From an uncultured Syntrophaceae bacterium (GTDB taxonomy: Bacteria > Desulfobacterota > Syntrophia > Syntrophales > UBA4778): a stretch of 64,000 bases of DNA. Positions 22,016-31,680 of this stretch are shown here, one piece after another. A model generated the notes under the pieces. The model was not told the DNA's origin. It saw only the letters and a program-made list of their open reading frames with translations, and did not search any database. Location of the stretch: NCBI GenBank assembly GCA_964597995.1, contig CAZRAC010000002.1, forward strand, positions 51 through 64,050. Direction: 5' to 3'. Both the position numbers and the translations under genes were made by a program. Position 1 is the first letter of the stretch. Each line of letters begins with the position of its first letter.

Positions 22016-23160
22016 AACGAATCGTGACGAAAGCCTGGGACTTCGACGGGCAATCGGATTTCTCGAACCCCTTCCACTCCTTCCTCTACACCCTTTCTCT
22101 GGCTTACGGGGGCGCCGTGCGGTTGAGAAACGTCCTCTACGACGGCGGACTCCTGGGAGTGAAGAGGCTGCCCCGTCCTGTAGTGAGCGTCGGGAACATC
22201 ACGGCGGGGGGCACGGGGAAAACTCCGATGGTCATCTTTCTGACAAAACTGCTGCGAGAGAGGGGATACCGTCCCGCCGTACTGAGTCGTGGTTACAGGG
22301 GAAAAGGCGAAGGACGGGTAAACGTCGTCTCCGACGGCGATCACGTCACAGCCTCCCCCGCCGAGGCCGGCGACGAACCGTTCCTCATCGCCTCATCGAC
22401 CGGGGCGGCGGTCCTGACCGGAGCGGACCGATTTGCTACGGGAAGCCACGCTGTCGAAAGGCTGGGTGCGGACATCCTCGTACTCGACGATGCCTTCCAG
22501 CACCGAAGGCTCTTTCGGGACGTCGACATCCTGCTCCTCGACGCCGACAGGCCTTTCGGGAATCGATGTCTCTTGCCGCGGGGACCGTTGCGGGAACCCG
22601 TTAATGGTCTGAGACGGGCGGATATGATCGTCCTCACGAGGTCCGGCGAAGATAGCGGAGAATCGCCGGTCGAGGAGGAATTGCAGGCGAAGTATCCGGG
22701 GATACCGGTCTTCCGGGCCGTACGACAGCCGAAGGAAATCGTCCCCCTGTCCGCCGGGTCTTTCCCGCCCATACAGGCCGACCCGCTGGAGTCTTCCCCT
22801 TCTTCACCCCAAAAGAGGGAACATGATTCCCCCCCCGAATCCCTCCAAGGCAGGCGGGTCTGCGCCTTCGCTGGGATCGCCAACCCCGATTCCTTCAGAA
22901 AAACCCTGGCCTCCCTGGGAGCTGAAACGGTCGCGTTCCTTACCTTTCCCGACCATCACCGTTACAGGGTCGAAGATATCGAAGCCGTCAGGAAGGCGGC
23001 GGAGAAAGGCAAGTGCGAAATCACCTTGACAACGGAAAAAGACGGGGTAAAACTACGCAGTTTTCCGACGGCGGGCATTCATGCCCTGAGGGTTGAGATG
23101 TCGGTCACGGGCGGGGCGGGCGAATTCGTCGAGGCCGTTCTTGAGAAGCTGGGGAGATGA
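22003..23160 (+). CDS. lpxK: Tetraacyldisaccharide 4'-kinase
   Basis: 385 aa with P-loop VGNITAGGTGKTP and SRGY/LLDDAFQH motifs typical of LpxK. Confidence 0.88.
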   Translation: MPAVKRIVTKAWDFDGQSDFSNPFHSFLYTLSLAYGGAVRLRNVLYDGGLLGVKRLPRPVVSVGNITAGGTGKTPMVIFLTKLLRERGYRPAVLSRGYRGKGEGRVNVVSDGDHVTASPAEAGDEPFLIASSTGAAVLTGADRFATGSHAVERLGADILVLDDAFQHRRLFRDVDILLLDADRPFGNRCLLPRGPLREPVNGLRRADMIVLTRSGEDSGESPVEEELQAKYPGIPVFRAVRQPKEIVPLSAGSFPPIQADPLESSPSSPQKREHDSPPESLQGRRVCAFAGIANPDSFRKTLASLGAETVAFLTFPDHHRYRVEDIEAVRKAAEKGKCEITLTTEKDGVKLRSFPTAGIHALRVEMSVTGGAGEFVEAVLEKLGR

Positions 23161-24035
23161 AACCGACAAAGGCAACACGGCGTATCATGTTTTTCTTCAG
23201 GCTTATCCCGCTTGGGTTGAGGAAGAAGATCTTTACGGCCGCGCTCCTTCTCTTCTACCACATGTCGCCGAAGCAGCGGCTGATCGCCCTCCACAACCTT
23301 AGCCGCGCCTACCCGGAAAAGGACATGGCGGAGATAGTCAAGATAGCCAAGGGCGTTTTCCGGCACGTCGGCATCGTCATAGCGGAATTTTTCGAACTCC
23401 CTTTCATAACGAAAGAGACCCTCCATCAGTGGGTGGAGTTCGACGGACTCGAAAACCTGCAAAAGGCGATCGCCCAAAATCAAGGTGTCCTCGCCGTTGG
23501 GTCCCATTTCGGCAACTGGGAACTGATGACGATTGCGTTACCCATGGCGGCTAAACCGATGCACATCATCCACCGTCCCCTGGACAATCCCATAATCGAA
23601 GACATGCTGGCCTGGGTCAGAACCCTGCATGGAAATTCGCTAATCCCGAAGGAAGGGGCCGCAAAGAAAATCCTGAGACTGCTGCGGAAAAGCGAGATCG
23701 CGGGCATTCTCAGCGACCAGAACATGGCAGCGCGAGAGGGGGTCTTCGTGGATTTCTTCGGCCGCCCGGCCTGCACAGCAGTGGGCACGGCAGTCCTGGC
23801 CATGAGGACGGAGGCGCCGGTCCTGCCGGCATTCATGCCCCGTATGCCGAATGGAAAGTACAAGTTCGTCATCAAGCCGCCGGTTAAGATCACCGTGACC
23901 GGCGACGACCAGGCCGACATCTTGGTCAACACCCAGCGTTTTACGAAGGTCGTTGAAGACATGGTGCGGCAGTATCCCGACCAGTGGTTCTGGGTCCACC
24001 AGCGATGGAAGACTAAGCCGTGCCAGATAGAGTAG
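23157..24035 (+). CDS. lpxL: Lipid A biosynthesis late acyltransferase (LpxL/HtrB family)
   Basis: 292 aa with an N-terminal TM segment, the family motif SHFGNWEL, and the C-terminal YPDQWFWVHQRWK. ATGA overlap with lpxK. Confidence 0.8.
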   Translation: MKPTKATRRIMFFFRLIPLGLRKKIFTAALLLFYHMSPKQRLIALHNLSRAYPEKDMAEIVKIAKGVFRHVGIVIAEFFELPFITKETLHQWVEFDGLENLQKAIAQNQGVLAVGSHFGNWELMTIALPMAAKPMHIIHRPLDNPIIEDMLAWVRTLHGNSLIPKEGAAKKILRLLRKSEIAGILSDQNMAAREGVFVDFFGRPACTAVGTAVLAMRTEAPVLPAFMPRMPNGKYKFVIKPPVKITVTGDDQADILVNTQRFTKVVEDMVRQYPDQWFWVHQRWKTKPCQIE

Positions 24036-25111
24036 AAGTTGAGATGCTGAAGGTCAGGGGCAGGGCGCCTTTCCCGTTCGGCAGGGTGCGGAACATCCTG
24101 GTGCGGAGCACAAACTGGATCGGCGATGTCGTCATGACCTTCCCGGCGATCGCCGCCATAAGGAAAACCCTGCCCGAGGCCAGGATTACGGTCCTGGCAA
24201 AGCCCTGGGTGGCCGAGCTCCTCTGCCTCTGCCCCGACGTGGATGAGGTCATGCTCTTTCAGAGTCCCGGTGTCCATGACGGCCTTTCGGGAAAACTCAG
24301 GCTCGCCGCCGAGCTTAAGGCAAGGCAATTCGACGCAGCGATCCTCCTGCAAAATGCGGTCGAGGCGGCGATCATCGCCCGCTTAGCCGGTATACCGGTA
24401 AGGGCGGGTTACGATTCCGACTGCAGGGGACTTCTCCTCACCCATTCCGTGGGGCGTACCCGGGAAATCCGCAGGGTGCACCAGGTCGATTACTACCTGG
24501 AGATGGTGAAGGCTCTCGGTTTTGCGTCGGCGGGCAGAGACGTGCGGCTCGGCCTCGGTGATGATTACCGGAAGGCCGGCGATGACTTCCTCCGGCATTA
24601 CGGAGTCGACACAGGCAGGTTCCTGGTGGGGCTGGCCCCCGGCGCTACCTATGGCCCGGCAAAGAGATGGTATCCCGACAGGTTCGCCCGGGTAGCCGAT
24701 CGGCTCCGCGAAGAATTCAACGGGGAAACTCTGTTGTTCGGGAGTAAAGCGGACCACGCCGTGGCGGAAGAGGTAAAGAAACACGCCGCTTACCCGGTCG
24801 TCAACGTTGCCGGGAAGACGTCGCTCAAAGAGGCGATCGCGCTTATCGCGCGGTGCCGCCTCTTCATCTCCAACGACTCGGGGTTGATGCACGTCGCCGG
24901 CGCGCTGGGCATACCCCTGATCGCCGTGTTCGGTTCCACCAACCCGGTGACGACCTCGCCGGTAGGGGAGAAGAGCCTTATCGTGACGAAAAGGGTCTCC
25001 TGCAGCCCCTGCCTGAAAGAAAAGTGCGATACCGACTTCCGGTGCATGGACCTCATAACGGCGGACGAAGTCTACGAAGCGGCAAAGGGGTTGTTGGCAT
25101 CCGTTTTGTGA
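24020..25111 (+). CDS. waaF: ADP-heptose:LPS heptosyltransferase (GT9, WaaF-like)
   Basis: 363 aa with ILVRSTNWIGDVVMTFPA, NDSGLMHVAGALGIPLIAVFGSTNP, and a C-terminal CSPC...C motif. Confidence 0.75.
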   Translation: MPDRVEVEMLKVRGRAPFPFGRVRNILVRSTNWIGDVVMTFPAIAAIRKTLPEARITVLAKPWVAELLCLCPDVDEVMLFQSPGVHDGLSGKLRLAAELKARQFDAAILLQNAVEAAIIARLAGIPVRAGYDSDCRGLLLTHSVGRTREIRRVHQVDYYLEMVKALGFASAGRDVRLGLGDDYRKAGDDFLRHYGVDTGRFLVGLAPGATYGPAKRWYPDRFARVADRLREEFNGETLLFGSKADHAVAEEVKKHAAYPVVNVAGKTSLKEAIALIARCRLFISNDSGLMHVAGALGIPLIAVFGSTNPVTTSPVGEKSLIVTKRVSCSPCLKEKCDTDFRCMDLITADEVYEAAKGLLASVL

Positions 25112-25183
25112 GGGTCATCTTTTTAGAAGCGGGAGCGCCGCAGCCGAAAACGACCGGCGGTAGTGGCCCCGGAAGGAAAGAGA

Positions 25184-25774
25184 ATGAAGAATAACGTCGC
25201 CGTATTCATGGACCGGGACGGGACGATCAACGAGGAGGTGGGTTATCTCGGTCGGGTCGAAGAACTCGTCTTGATTCCCGTTGCCGCGGAGGCCGTTCGC
25301 CTGGTCAACGAGGAGGGCATGAAGGCCGTCGTGGTCACCAATCAGTCCGGCGTCGCCAGAGGGTTCTTCACGGAGGAAGACGTTCGCCTGATAAACGGGC
25401 GACTCGCAGAGATGCTGCGTGACGAGGGGGCCGTCATCGACCGGTTCTACTACTGCCCGCATCACCCGACGGAAGGAAGAGAACCCTACCGGGTCGCCTG
25501 TGCCTGCCGGAAGCCGGAACCGGGGATGCTCCTCCAGGCCGCGGCCGAGCTCGACATCGACCTCGCCCGCTCATACTTGATCGGGGATATGCTGAAGGAC
25601 CTCGATGCGGCACACCGCGCCGGTGCAAAGGGCGTCCTTGTCAGGACCGGCTACGGGAAGAATGTCGGCGTCACGGACGGGCCGGATTACATCGCCGAGG
25701 ACATCCTCGATGCCGTCCGCTGGATTCTTGACGACAGGAAGAAGGCACGCCATCCTTCGCCAGGCCCGAGATAA
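25184..25774 (+). CDS. gmhB: D-glycero-beta-D-manno-heptose 1,7-bisphosphate 7-phosphatase
   Basis: HAD motif I (FMDRDGTIN), TNQSGVARG, and a zinc-binding CPHHP...CxCRKP. The ORF track starts at 25163; ATG at 25184 is preferred. Confidence 0.85.
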   Translation: MKNNVAVFMDRDGTINEEVGYLGRVEELVLIPVAAEAVRLVNEEGMKAVVVTNQSGVARGFFTEEDVRLINGRLAEMLRDEGAVIDRFYYCPHHPTEGREPYRVACACRKPEPGMLLQAAAELDIDLARSYLIGDMLKDLDAAHRAGAKGVLVRTGYGKNVGVTDGPDYIAEDILDAVRWILDDRKKARHPSPGPR

Positions 25775-25792
25775 CGTTATCGACGGAAGCCA

Positions 25793-26830
25793 ATGAACAT
25801 CCTGATCGTAAAACTGAGCGCCGTCGGCGATGTCGTCCACACCCTGCCGTCTCTGGCGGCGTTGAGAAAGCTCTACCCGGACGCCCATATCACGTGGGTT
25901 ATCGAGGAAGCCGCGGCCGACCTCGTTACCGGCCATCCAAGCCTCGACAGGGTGCTCGTTTCCCGCCGGAAAAGCTGGGCCAAAAGTCTCGGGAGTCCCC
26001 GGCGCGCCCTCCGGGCGGTTGATGAAGTAAGGTCGTTCCTGCGTACGCTCAGAGACCGCCCTTACGACCTCGTCATCGATTTTCACGGCCTTTTCAAGAG
26101 CGCCGTCATCGTCTTCCTCAGCCGGGGAAAACGCAAACTCGGTTACGACAGCCTCCAGGAACTGAGCGGCCTCTTTCTGAACGAGAAGATCCCCGAGGAC
26201 ATGGACAAACACGCCGTCGACCGTTATCTCGACTTCTTGCGTCATCTCGGGGCTCCCGAGGAAGAACCCGCCTTTTTGATCCCCGTCGGCGAGGAAAACA
26301 GGAGGCGGGTCAAAGGCTTCCTCGAAGAGTACGGCCTTGACAGGGGCGCGGGATTTGTGGCAGTAAGTCCCGTGGCTCTGTGGGAGACGAAACTGTGGGA
26401 GGAAAACAGATTCGCGGCCCTATGTGACAGGGTCGTCGGGGAACTCGGCCTGAAGGTCGTCCTGACTGGTGATAAAGCCGGAGGTGTTCTCGGTCGCATC
26501 GAAGCCCGGATGACGGAATCGGCAGTGAACCTGGGCGGAAAGACGACGCTGCGCGACCTGGCGGCCTTGTATAAAAGAGCGAGGGTCCTCGTCACCACCG
26601 ATTCCGGTCCGATGCACATCGCGGCCGCCGTCGGCACCCCGGTCATCGCCCTCTTCGGCCCCACTGCGCCGTGGAGAACCGGACCATACGGCCCGGGCCA
26701 CATCGTCATCCGGAAAGCGATAGCCTGCAGCCCCTGCTTTCTAAAACACTGCGCAACCGGGCAGTGCATGAAAGACATCACGGTGGAAGAGGTTTTCGAA
26801 GCTGTAAAAAAGGGCATCGCGGACGTATAA
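25793..26830 (+). CDS. waaC: ADP-heptose:LPS heptosyltransferase (GT9, WaaC-like)
   Basis: 345 aa with MNILIVKLSAVGDVVHTLP, TTDSGPMHIAAAVGTPVIALFGPT, and CSPCFLKHC. Confidence 0.75.
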   Translation: MNILIVKLSAVGDVVHTLPSLAALRKLYPDAHITWVIEEAAADLVTGHPSLDRVLVSRRKSWAKSLGSPRRALRAVDEVRSFLRTLRDRPYDLVIDFHGLFKSAVIVFLSRGKRKLGYDSLQELSGLFLNEKIPEDMDKHAVDRYLDFLRHLGAPEEEPAFLIPVGEENRRRVKGFLEEYGLDRGAGFVAVSPVALWETKLWEENRFAALCDRVVGELGLKVVLTGDKAGGVLGRIEARMTESAVNLGGKTTLRDLAALYKRARVLVTTDSGPMHIAAAVGTPVIALFGPTAPWRTGPYGPGHIVIRKAIACSPCFLKHCATGQCMKDITVEEVFEAVKKGIADV

Positions 26831-26852
26831 AGCCCATGAATAAGGACCTCAC

Positions 26853-27467
26853 ATGAAACCACGCATCGGCTTTACTTTGTCGTTCTTCGTTGTCGTTTTC
26901 CTGAACCTCATAGTCTTCATACCCTTTGTATTCGCTGAGGATCGCGTCAGCACAGCCGCGGCGAACCCAGAGACTCGCTTCTGGAAAGAGTCCGGTGTCG
27001 TCATAGGTTACGGAACAAGCGAGATTCACGAGGGCCATTATGAACCGATGCTGTTCATCTGGCACCTTGCCTACGACCTCAGGAATTATATCCCGGCACT
27101 GAAGAACCATAAGGGAATCCTGGCCGGCGTCTGCGAGCCCCAGGTCAACCCGGCCTTCCGGCCGAGCTCGGACTTTGAATTCGGCGTGGGGGTGGGGCTG
27201 AAGTACTTATACCCCGTGACCGACAGGCTCTACCCATACATCCAATTGACCGTCGGGCCGCATTATATCTCCCTGCAAACAGAAGACCAGGCGAGTGGGT
27301 TTATCTTCTCCAACACTGTCGGCGTGGGAATTTACTACTTTGTCACCAAAAACTCGGCTGCCATGGTCGGGTATCGTGCTCGTCACATATCCAACGCCGG
27401 GACAAGGGAACCGAACGACGGGATCAACACCCATTTCGGCACCATAGGGTACTCTTTCTTCTTCTGA
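26853..27467 (+). CDS. pagL: Lipid A 3-O-deacylase / acyloxyacyl hydrolase (PagL family)
   Basis: 204 aa with a signal peptide and beta-barrel-like alternation. The C-terminal catalytic motif is RHISNAGTREPNDGINTHFGTIGYSFFF (HxSN[GA] ... PNxG). Confidence 0.72.
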   Translation: MKPRIGFTLSFFVVVFLNLIVFIPFVFAEDRVSTAAANPETRFWKESGVVIGYGTSEIHEGHYEPMLFIWHLAYDLRNYIPALKNHKGILAGVCEPQVNPAFRPSSDFEFGVGVGLKYLYPVTDRLYPYIQLTVGPHYISLQTEDQASGFIFSNTVGVGIYYFVTKNSAAMVGYRARHISNAGTREPNDGINTHFGTIGYSFFF

Positions 27468-27489
27468 GGATTACGGCACGGAGGCGAAA

Positions 27490-27660
27490 ATGGTGATCAG
27501 CAAAGAGCTGCTCGACATCCTGGCCTGCCCGAACTGTAAGGGCGACATCCGTCTTAATGAGGCCGGCGACGGCCTGGTCTGCGATCATTGTAAGTTGCTG
27601 TACGAGATCAAAGACGGCATCCCGATCATGCTCGTCGAGGAGGCGAAAAAAATCGAATGA
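27490..27660 (+). CDS. Trm112/YcaR (UPF0434) family small zinc-ribbon protein
   Basis: 56-aa ORF, below the ORF-track cutoff and read directly from the sequence: MVISKELLDILACPNCKGDIRLNEAGDGLVCDHCKLLYEIKDGIPIMLVEEAKKIE. It has two CxxC pairs and the family ending DGIPIML. Confidence 0.8.
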   Translation: MVISKELLDILACPNCKGDIRLNEAGDGLVCDHCKLLYEIKDGIPIMLVEEAKKIE

Positions 27661-27661
27661 T

Positions 27662-28576
27662 TCACGGGCACCCTCGCAGATGCCAGAGGATGAGTCGCGA
27701 GTAGACGGACAACTTAGTCCTGATTCTTCTGTTCGCCCCGAGCAGGAAGAGATTCGCCGCCGCCATCGAAACCCAATCGACGGTCAGCCGGCAAAGAATC
27801 AATAATCGGGCAAGAATATATTGGGGTCGTTTGTACCATTTGCGAAAGTAAGCGTACCGAGACCGATAGAAAGCGATCCTCGACTCGACGCCGTGGCCGA
27901 TACTCCGGCCTTGAAAGTGGTAGATCGCGGCCGAAGGAATAAAATAAACCTTCCAACCGGCCTTCTTCATCCGGAAGGCCCAATCCGTCTCTTCCAGAAA
28001 GAAGAAAAACCGCTCATCGAACAGCCCTACTTCGTCGATTGCCTTCTTTCTCACCATCAGGCAGGCGCCGATACATGATTCTACCTCAACGGGTTCCTTA
28101 TAATCCTTTCGTTTACTCGGGTATCTTTTAGGAAAAAGGTATTCCAGGATAGAGGTGTTGAAGAGGAGGGTTAAAAGGCTGGGGAAGGCGGCGATGGAAT
28201 TCTGCCTGCTCCCGTCTTCGTTCAACAACTGCCCGCAGGCCATGGCGGTGTCGGGGTGCTGCTCTAAAAAGAAAAACAGTTGACGCACCGCGCCGTCCGT
28301 GAGGACGGTGTCCGTGTTGAGGAGGAGGGCGTAGCGTCCCTGCATCACCTCCAGGGCCTGGTTGTTTGCCGCCCCGAAACCCCTGTTCGTCTCGTTCTCG
28401 ATGATTTTGACGTCGGGGAAATCCTCTTTCAGCATGGCGACGCTCCCGTCTTGCGACGCGTTGTCCACCACGATGACCTCGAAGTGGATGTCCTTCAAGG
28501 TTCGATAGACGGACTGGAGGCAGCCGCGCAGGAGGTCTTTCGTGTTCCAGTTGACGATGACAACCGAGAGGTCCAT
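27662..28576 (-). CDS. Glycosyltransferase family 2
   Basis: 304 aa with MDLSVVIVNWNTKDLL, VDNASQDGS, and a DxD-like LLNTDTV motif. This is the typical GT2 fold. Confidence 0.8.
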   Translation of the reverse strand: MDLSVVIVNWNTKDLLRGCLQSVYRTLKDIHFEVIVVDNASQDGSVAMLKEDFPDVKIIENETNRGFGAANNQALEVMQGRYALLLNTDTVLTDGAVRQLFFFLEQHPDTAMACGQLLNEDGSRQNSIAAFPSLLTLLFNTSILEYLFPKRYPSKRKDYKEPVEVESCIGACLMVRKKAIDEVGLFDERFFFFLEETDWAFRMKKAGWKVYFIPSAAIYHFQGRSIGHGVESRIAFYRSRYAYFRKWYKRPQYILARLLILCRLTVDWVSMAAANLFLLGANRRIRTKLSVYSRLILWHLRGCP

Positions 28577-29347
28577 TCAAACCTTTTTCGCCCCGCGACT
28601 GAGTTCGCTCAGTTTTGCGTACTTGAAGAATTTGTTTACCGAGTCGGTGACGGAGAGGATGAAACCCTGTCTCCCGTCAAGGAAACCGAGCCTCAGGATG
28701 TAGTTCTGAAGGAAGGCCAACTCCGCCCGCAGTACCGCCTCCCCTATCGAGGCCCTCCGGCCCTCGGCAAACGCCTCCTGTGCGCCCAGGGTGGAGTAAC
28801 GGTCGATCTTCATCAAGATTTTGCTGAAACGTCCCTCGGTGAAATGCTCGATGGGTACGTCGAGGGCTGCGACCGGGCCGTCCACCTGCACCGACTCATG
28901 GACGGTGGCCTCACTCATCCGGCCGACCCCTCTTCGGAAGAGCCTGACGATCCGGTCCGGCCACCAGCCCATGTGTCTGACCCAGCGGCCCTGAAAATAA
29001 TTTTTCCTCGGGAAGCTGTAACCCGCCGCACCCTTATCTTGTCCCGTGACAATGCCTTTGATGGCCTCTGCCGTCTCGGCGGGGATGCGTTCATCGGCGT
29101 CGAGGACCAGGATCCAGGGATGCCGACACCGGTCGACGGCCGACTGCTTCTGGGGGCCGAAACCCCTCCAGGGTACCTCGAACACCTCGCAACCGAGGTC
29201 GGAAGCCAGTTGAACGGTGCCGTCGGTGCTCCCCGAATCGACGACAACGATCTGTCCGGCGAAAGAAACACTCCTCAGGCAGTCGGGAAGGTTTTCGGCC
29301 TCGTCTTTCGTTATGATCGCGACGGAAAGGGGGATCTTATCTGTCAT
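28577..29347 (-). CDS. Glycosyltransferase family 2 (LPS-core type)
   Basis: The ORF track gives 28577-29407. I prefer the ATG at 29347 (MTDKIPLSVAIITKDEAENL). VVVDSGSTDGT and LVLDADE are GT2 motifs. Confidence 0.78.
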   Translation of the reverse strand: MTDKIPLSVAIITKDEAENLPDCLRSVSFAGQIVVVDSGSTDGTVQLASDLGCEVFEVPWRGFGPQKQSAVDRCRHPWILVLDADERIPAETAEAIKGIVTGQDKGAAGYSFPRKNYFQGRWVRHMGWWPDRIVRLFRRGVGRMSEATVHESVQVDGPVAALDVPIEHFTEGRFSKILMKIDRYSTLGAQEAFAEGRRASIGEAVLRAELAFLQNYILRLGFLDGRQGFILSVTDSVNKFFKYAKLSELSRGAKKV

Positions 29348-29635
29348 AGGAAGAATTTCTCGTGCCAAAGTACACCCGCTCGCCCTTGATTCGTCTCCTA
29401 TCATCACAGGGCGAAAGGATTATCAGATTAGTGGGATCAATGCAATGTCGTGAAAGTCCGCGGGCAGTGCATCCCGTCGCCCCTTCTTCTGTCGCATCTT
29501 TCCTAATTCCTTGCGAATCCTCCTGCTTGTTGGTATCCTCACCGCGCTCGGCCGCCTTATCTTGTCGTGTCGGTTTGTCCCTCCGGGCAGGCATCACATC
29601 TCAGTGCAGGCCGCTTACTTTTTTACGGGGTTTCT

Positions 29636-30877
29636 ATGACATCGGCATTCAAAACAGCGAAGACGGCCGAAATCGATCGGACGAAGTTGGCTGAATATTC
29701 CGTGCCGGTTTTGTTGGCCGTCTATATTTTTGCCCAGCCGTTCCATTACCTGACCGCTGTAGAGGAAGTGGGGATTTATCTCGCCTTTTTAATATCGGTT
29801 TATTTGGTCCTTACCAAGAAAGTCGAGTTTACCTTCGATACGCCTTTGTCTTTGCCGTTCGTGCTCTTCGCCCTGTGGGCGCTGATAGGGATTGCCTTCG
29901 CAATAAACAAGCCAAATTCCATCCACGACTTCTATGCCCATCTGTTGAAATACTATGTGTTGTTCTTTTTGGTGTTCAATTTTTTCAGGACTCGAGATAA
30001 GTTTTTGGCCCTGGCCCTGATCATAACCGTTTCCTTCACCATTTTTTCTTTGTGGGGGATGGTATGTGTATATGGCGTAGAAGGCAAAAAGCTCTTCGTG
30101 GACAGGTTCACCAGCCCCGCCTTTCTCCCTTATCGAACGTACATCCATGTCTTCGGAGCGATTACCGCTATGAGTTTCTTTTACTCCGAAACGGCTGTCT
30201 CGAGGAAATCGTTTTTTGCCCTCTGCATATTTGTCGATGTCTTGGCGACTTTCTTATCCCAGACAAGGAGCGCAATCATAGCCTTGACGGCCGCACTGTA
30301 CCTGTTGCTCATCGTCAAGAGGAAGTACAAACAGATAGTACTTATTACGGTGCTCTTGTTGGCCGTAGTCTATTTCTCACCGGTCAAGGATCGGTTTCTG
30401 GACGAAAGGGAATACACTGTCAGAATAGCCAATTATTACCTGTACTCTGCAATCATCAGGGACTATCCCATAAAAGGTATCGGTTTCGGTATGCAGACCT
30501 ACCAGGACCCCGGGTTGAATATCGATTCGTACAACAAGTATGTGCCTGAGAAGATACGGGTATCCCCTCCGAATCTGATCCCGCACAACACATTTTTTGA
30601 CATAGCCGTGAGGTTGGGGTTGATCGGCTTGGGGCTTTATGTGTTGATAATTTTCATGTCCTTGAAGATGTTGTTTGTCGTCATCAGGAATAGAGCGGAC
30701 CCGTTTCTCCGGGAATGGGGTTTTTGCCTCTGCGCCAATTTCTTGGCTTTCTTCATCCAGGCGATGTTTACAGAAACGTCGTTCGGAGTCCAAGCCCTTA
30801 CGCAGTACTTGCTGTTCGCGATGATCGCGATACTCTGGAAAATCGACAAGGAGGGCGTGGGGACAGTTGGTGAGTAA
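29636..30877 (+). CDS. O-antigen ligase (WaaL/Wzy_C) family membrane protein
   Basis: About 413 aa from the ATG at 29636, with about 10-12 TM helices and a Wzy_C-like periplasmic loop (SQTRSAIIAL ... PHNTFFDIAVRLGLIG). Confidence 0.75.
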   Translation: MTSAFKTAKTAEIDRTKLAEYSVPVLLAVYIFAQPFHYLTAVEEVGIYLAFLISVYLVLTKKVEFTFDTPLSLPFVLFALWALIGIAFAINKPNSIHDFYAHLLKYYVLFFLVFNFFRTRDKFLALALIITVSFTIFSLWGMVCVYGVEGKKLFVDRFTSPAFLPYRTYIHVFGAITAMSFFYSETAVSRKSFFALCIFVDVLATFLSQTRSAIIALTAALYLLLIVKRKYKQIVLITVLLLAVVYFSPVKDRFLDEREYTVRIANYYLYSAIIRDYPIKGIGFGMQTYQDPGLNIDSYNKYVPEKIRVSPPNLIPHNTFFDIAVRLGLIGLGLYVLIIFMSLKMLFVVIRNRADPFLREWGFCLCANFLAFFIQAMFTETSFGVQALTQYLLFAMIAILWKIDKEGVGTVGE

Positions 30878-31072
30878 GAAAGATGAAAAATTTCTCTTGA
30901 CTCAAAACACAGTTACTCTGTATTTCTGCACATCCTGCTACGGTCTCCAAGGATGCGATACGCCCATGCAGTGAGGGGCGATGATAATGATAAGCAGTTG
31001 CGGGGTCTTTCCCGCGAGCCGTTATCTTTCGGGTTATTCAGACCTGACGACTATTTTAATCGGGAGGCCAAA

Positions 31073-31642
31073 ATGATCAGAGACCTTGTCCTTAAGAACA
31101 GGAGTTACCGCAGATTTTACGAGGACTTTTCGGTCGACAGGGAAACCTTGCAGGAGCTTGTGGACCTCGCGCGGCTTACCCCATCGGCTGCCAACAAACA
31201 ACCTTTGAAGTACATCCTTTCCTGCGACCGCGAGAAGAACGCCGTCATCTTCCCTAACCTGGCGTGGGCGGGATACCTCAAAGACTGGCCGGGACCCTCT
31301 GAAGGGGAGAGACCTTCGGCTTACATCATCGTGCTCGTGGACACGGAAATAAGTCGGTCCGCGGACATCGACTGCGGCATTGCCGCCCAGACCATCCTCT
31401 TGGGCGCCGTTTCGAAGGGGCTCGGAGGGTGCATGATCGCCTCAGTCCGGCGGGACAGTCTCCGGGAGGCCCTCAAAATACCGGCGCGGTACGAGATCAT
31501 CCTCGTCATCGCCCTCGGCAAACCCAAGGAGACCGTGATCATCGAGAAGATGGGTTCCGACGGTGACGTGAAGTACTGGCGGGACGGCGAAGGGAGGCAC
31601 CATGTCCCCAAACGGTCCCTCGAGGAGATCATTCTGCCCTGA
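31073..31642 (+). CDS. Nitroreductase family protein
   Basis: ATG at 31073 preceded by GGGAGG. RSYRRF, LTPSAANKQPLKY and IAAQTILLGA are nitroreductase signatures. Confidence 0.8.
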   Translation: MIRDLVLKNRSYRRFYEDFSVDRETLQELVDLARLTPSAANKQPLKYILSCDREKNAVIFPNLAWAGYLKDWPGPSEGERPSAYIIVLVDTEISRSADIDCGIAAQTILLGAVSKGLGGCMIASVRRDSLREALKIPARYEIILVIALGKPKETVIIEKMGSDGDVKYWRDGEGRHHVPKRSLEEIILP

Positions 31643-31680
31643 TCCGTTTCAGGGTGGGGGATGACCCCGGGCGACCTCGC

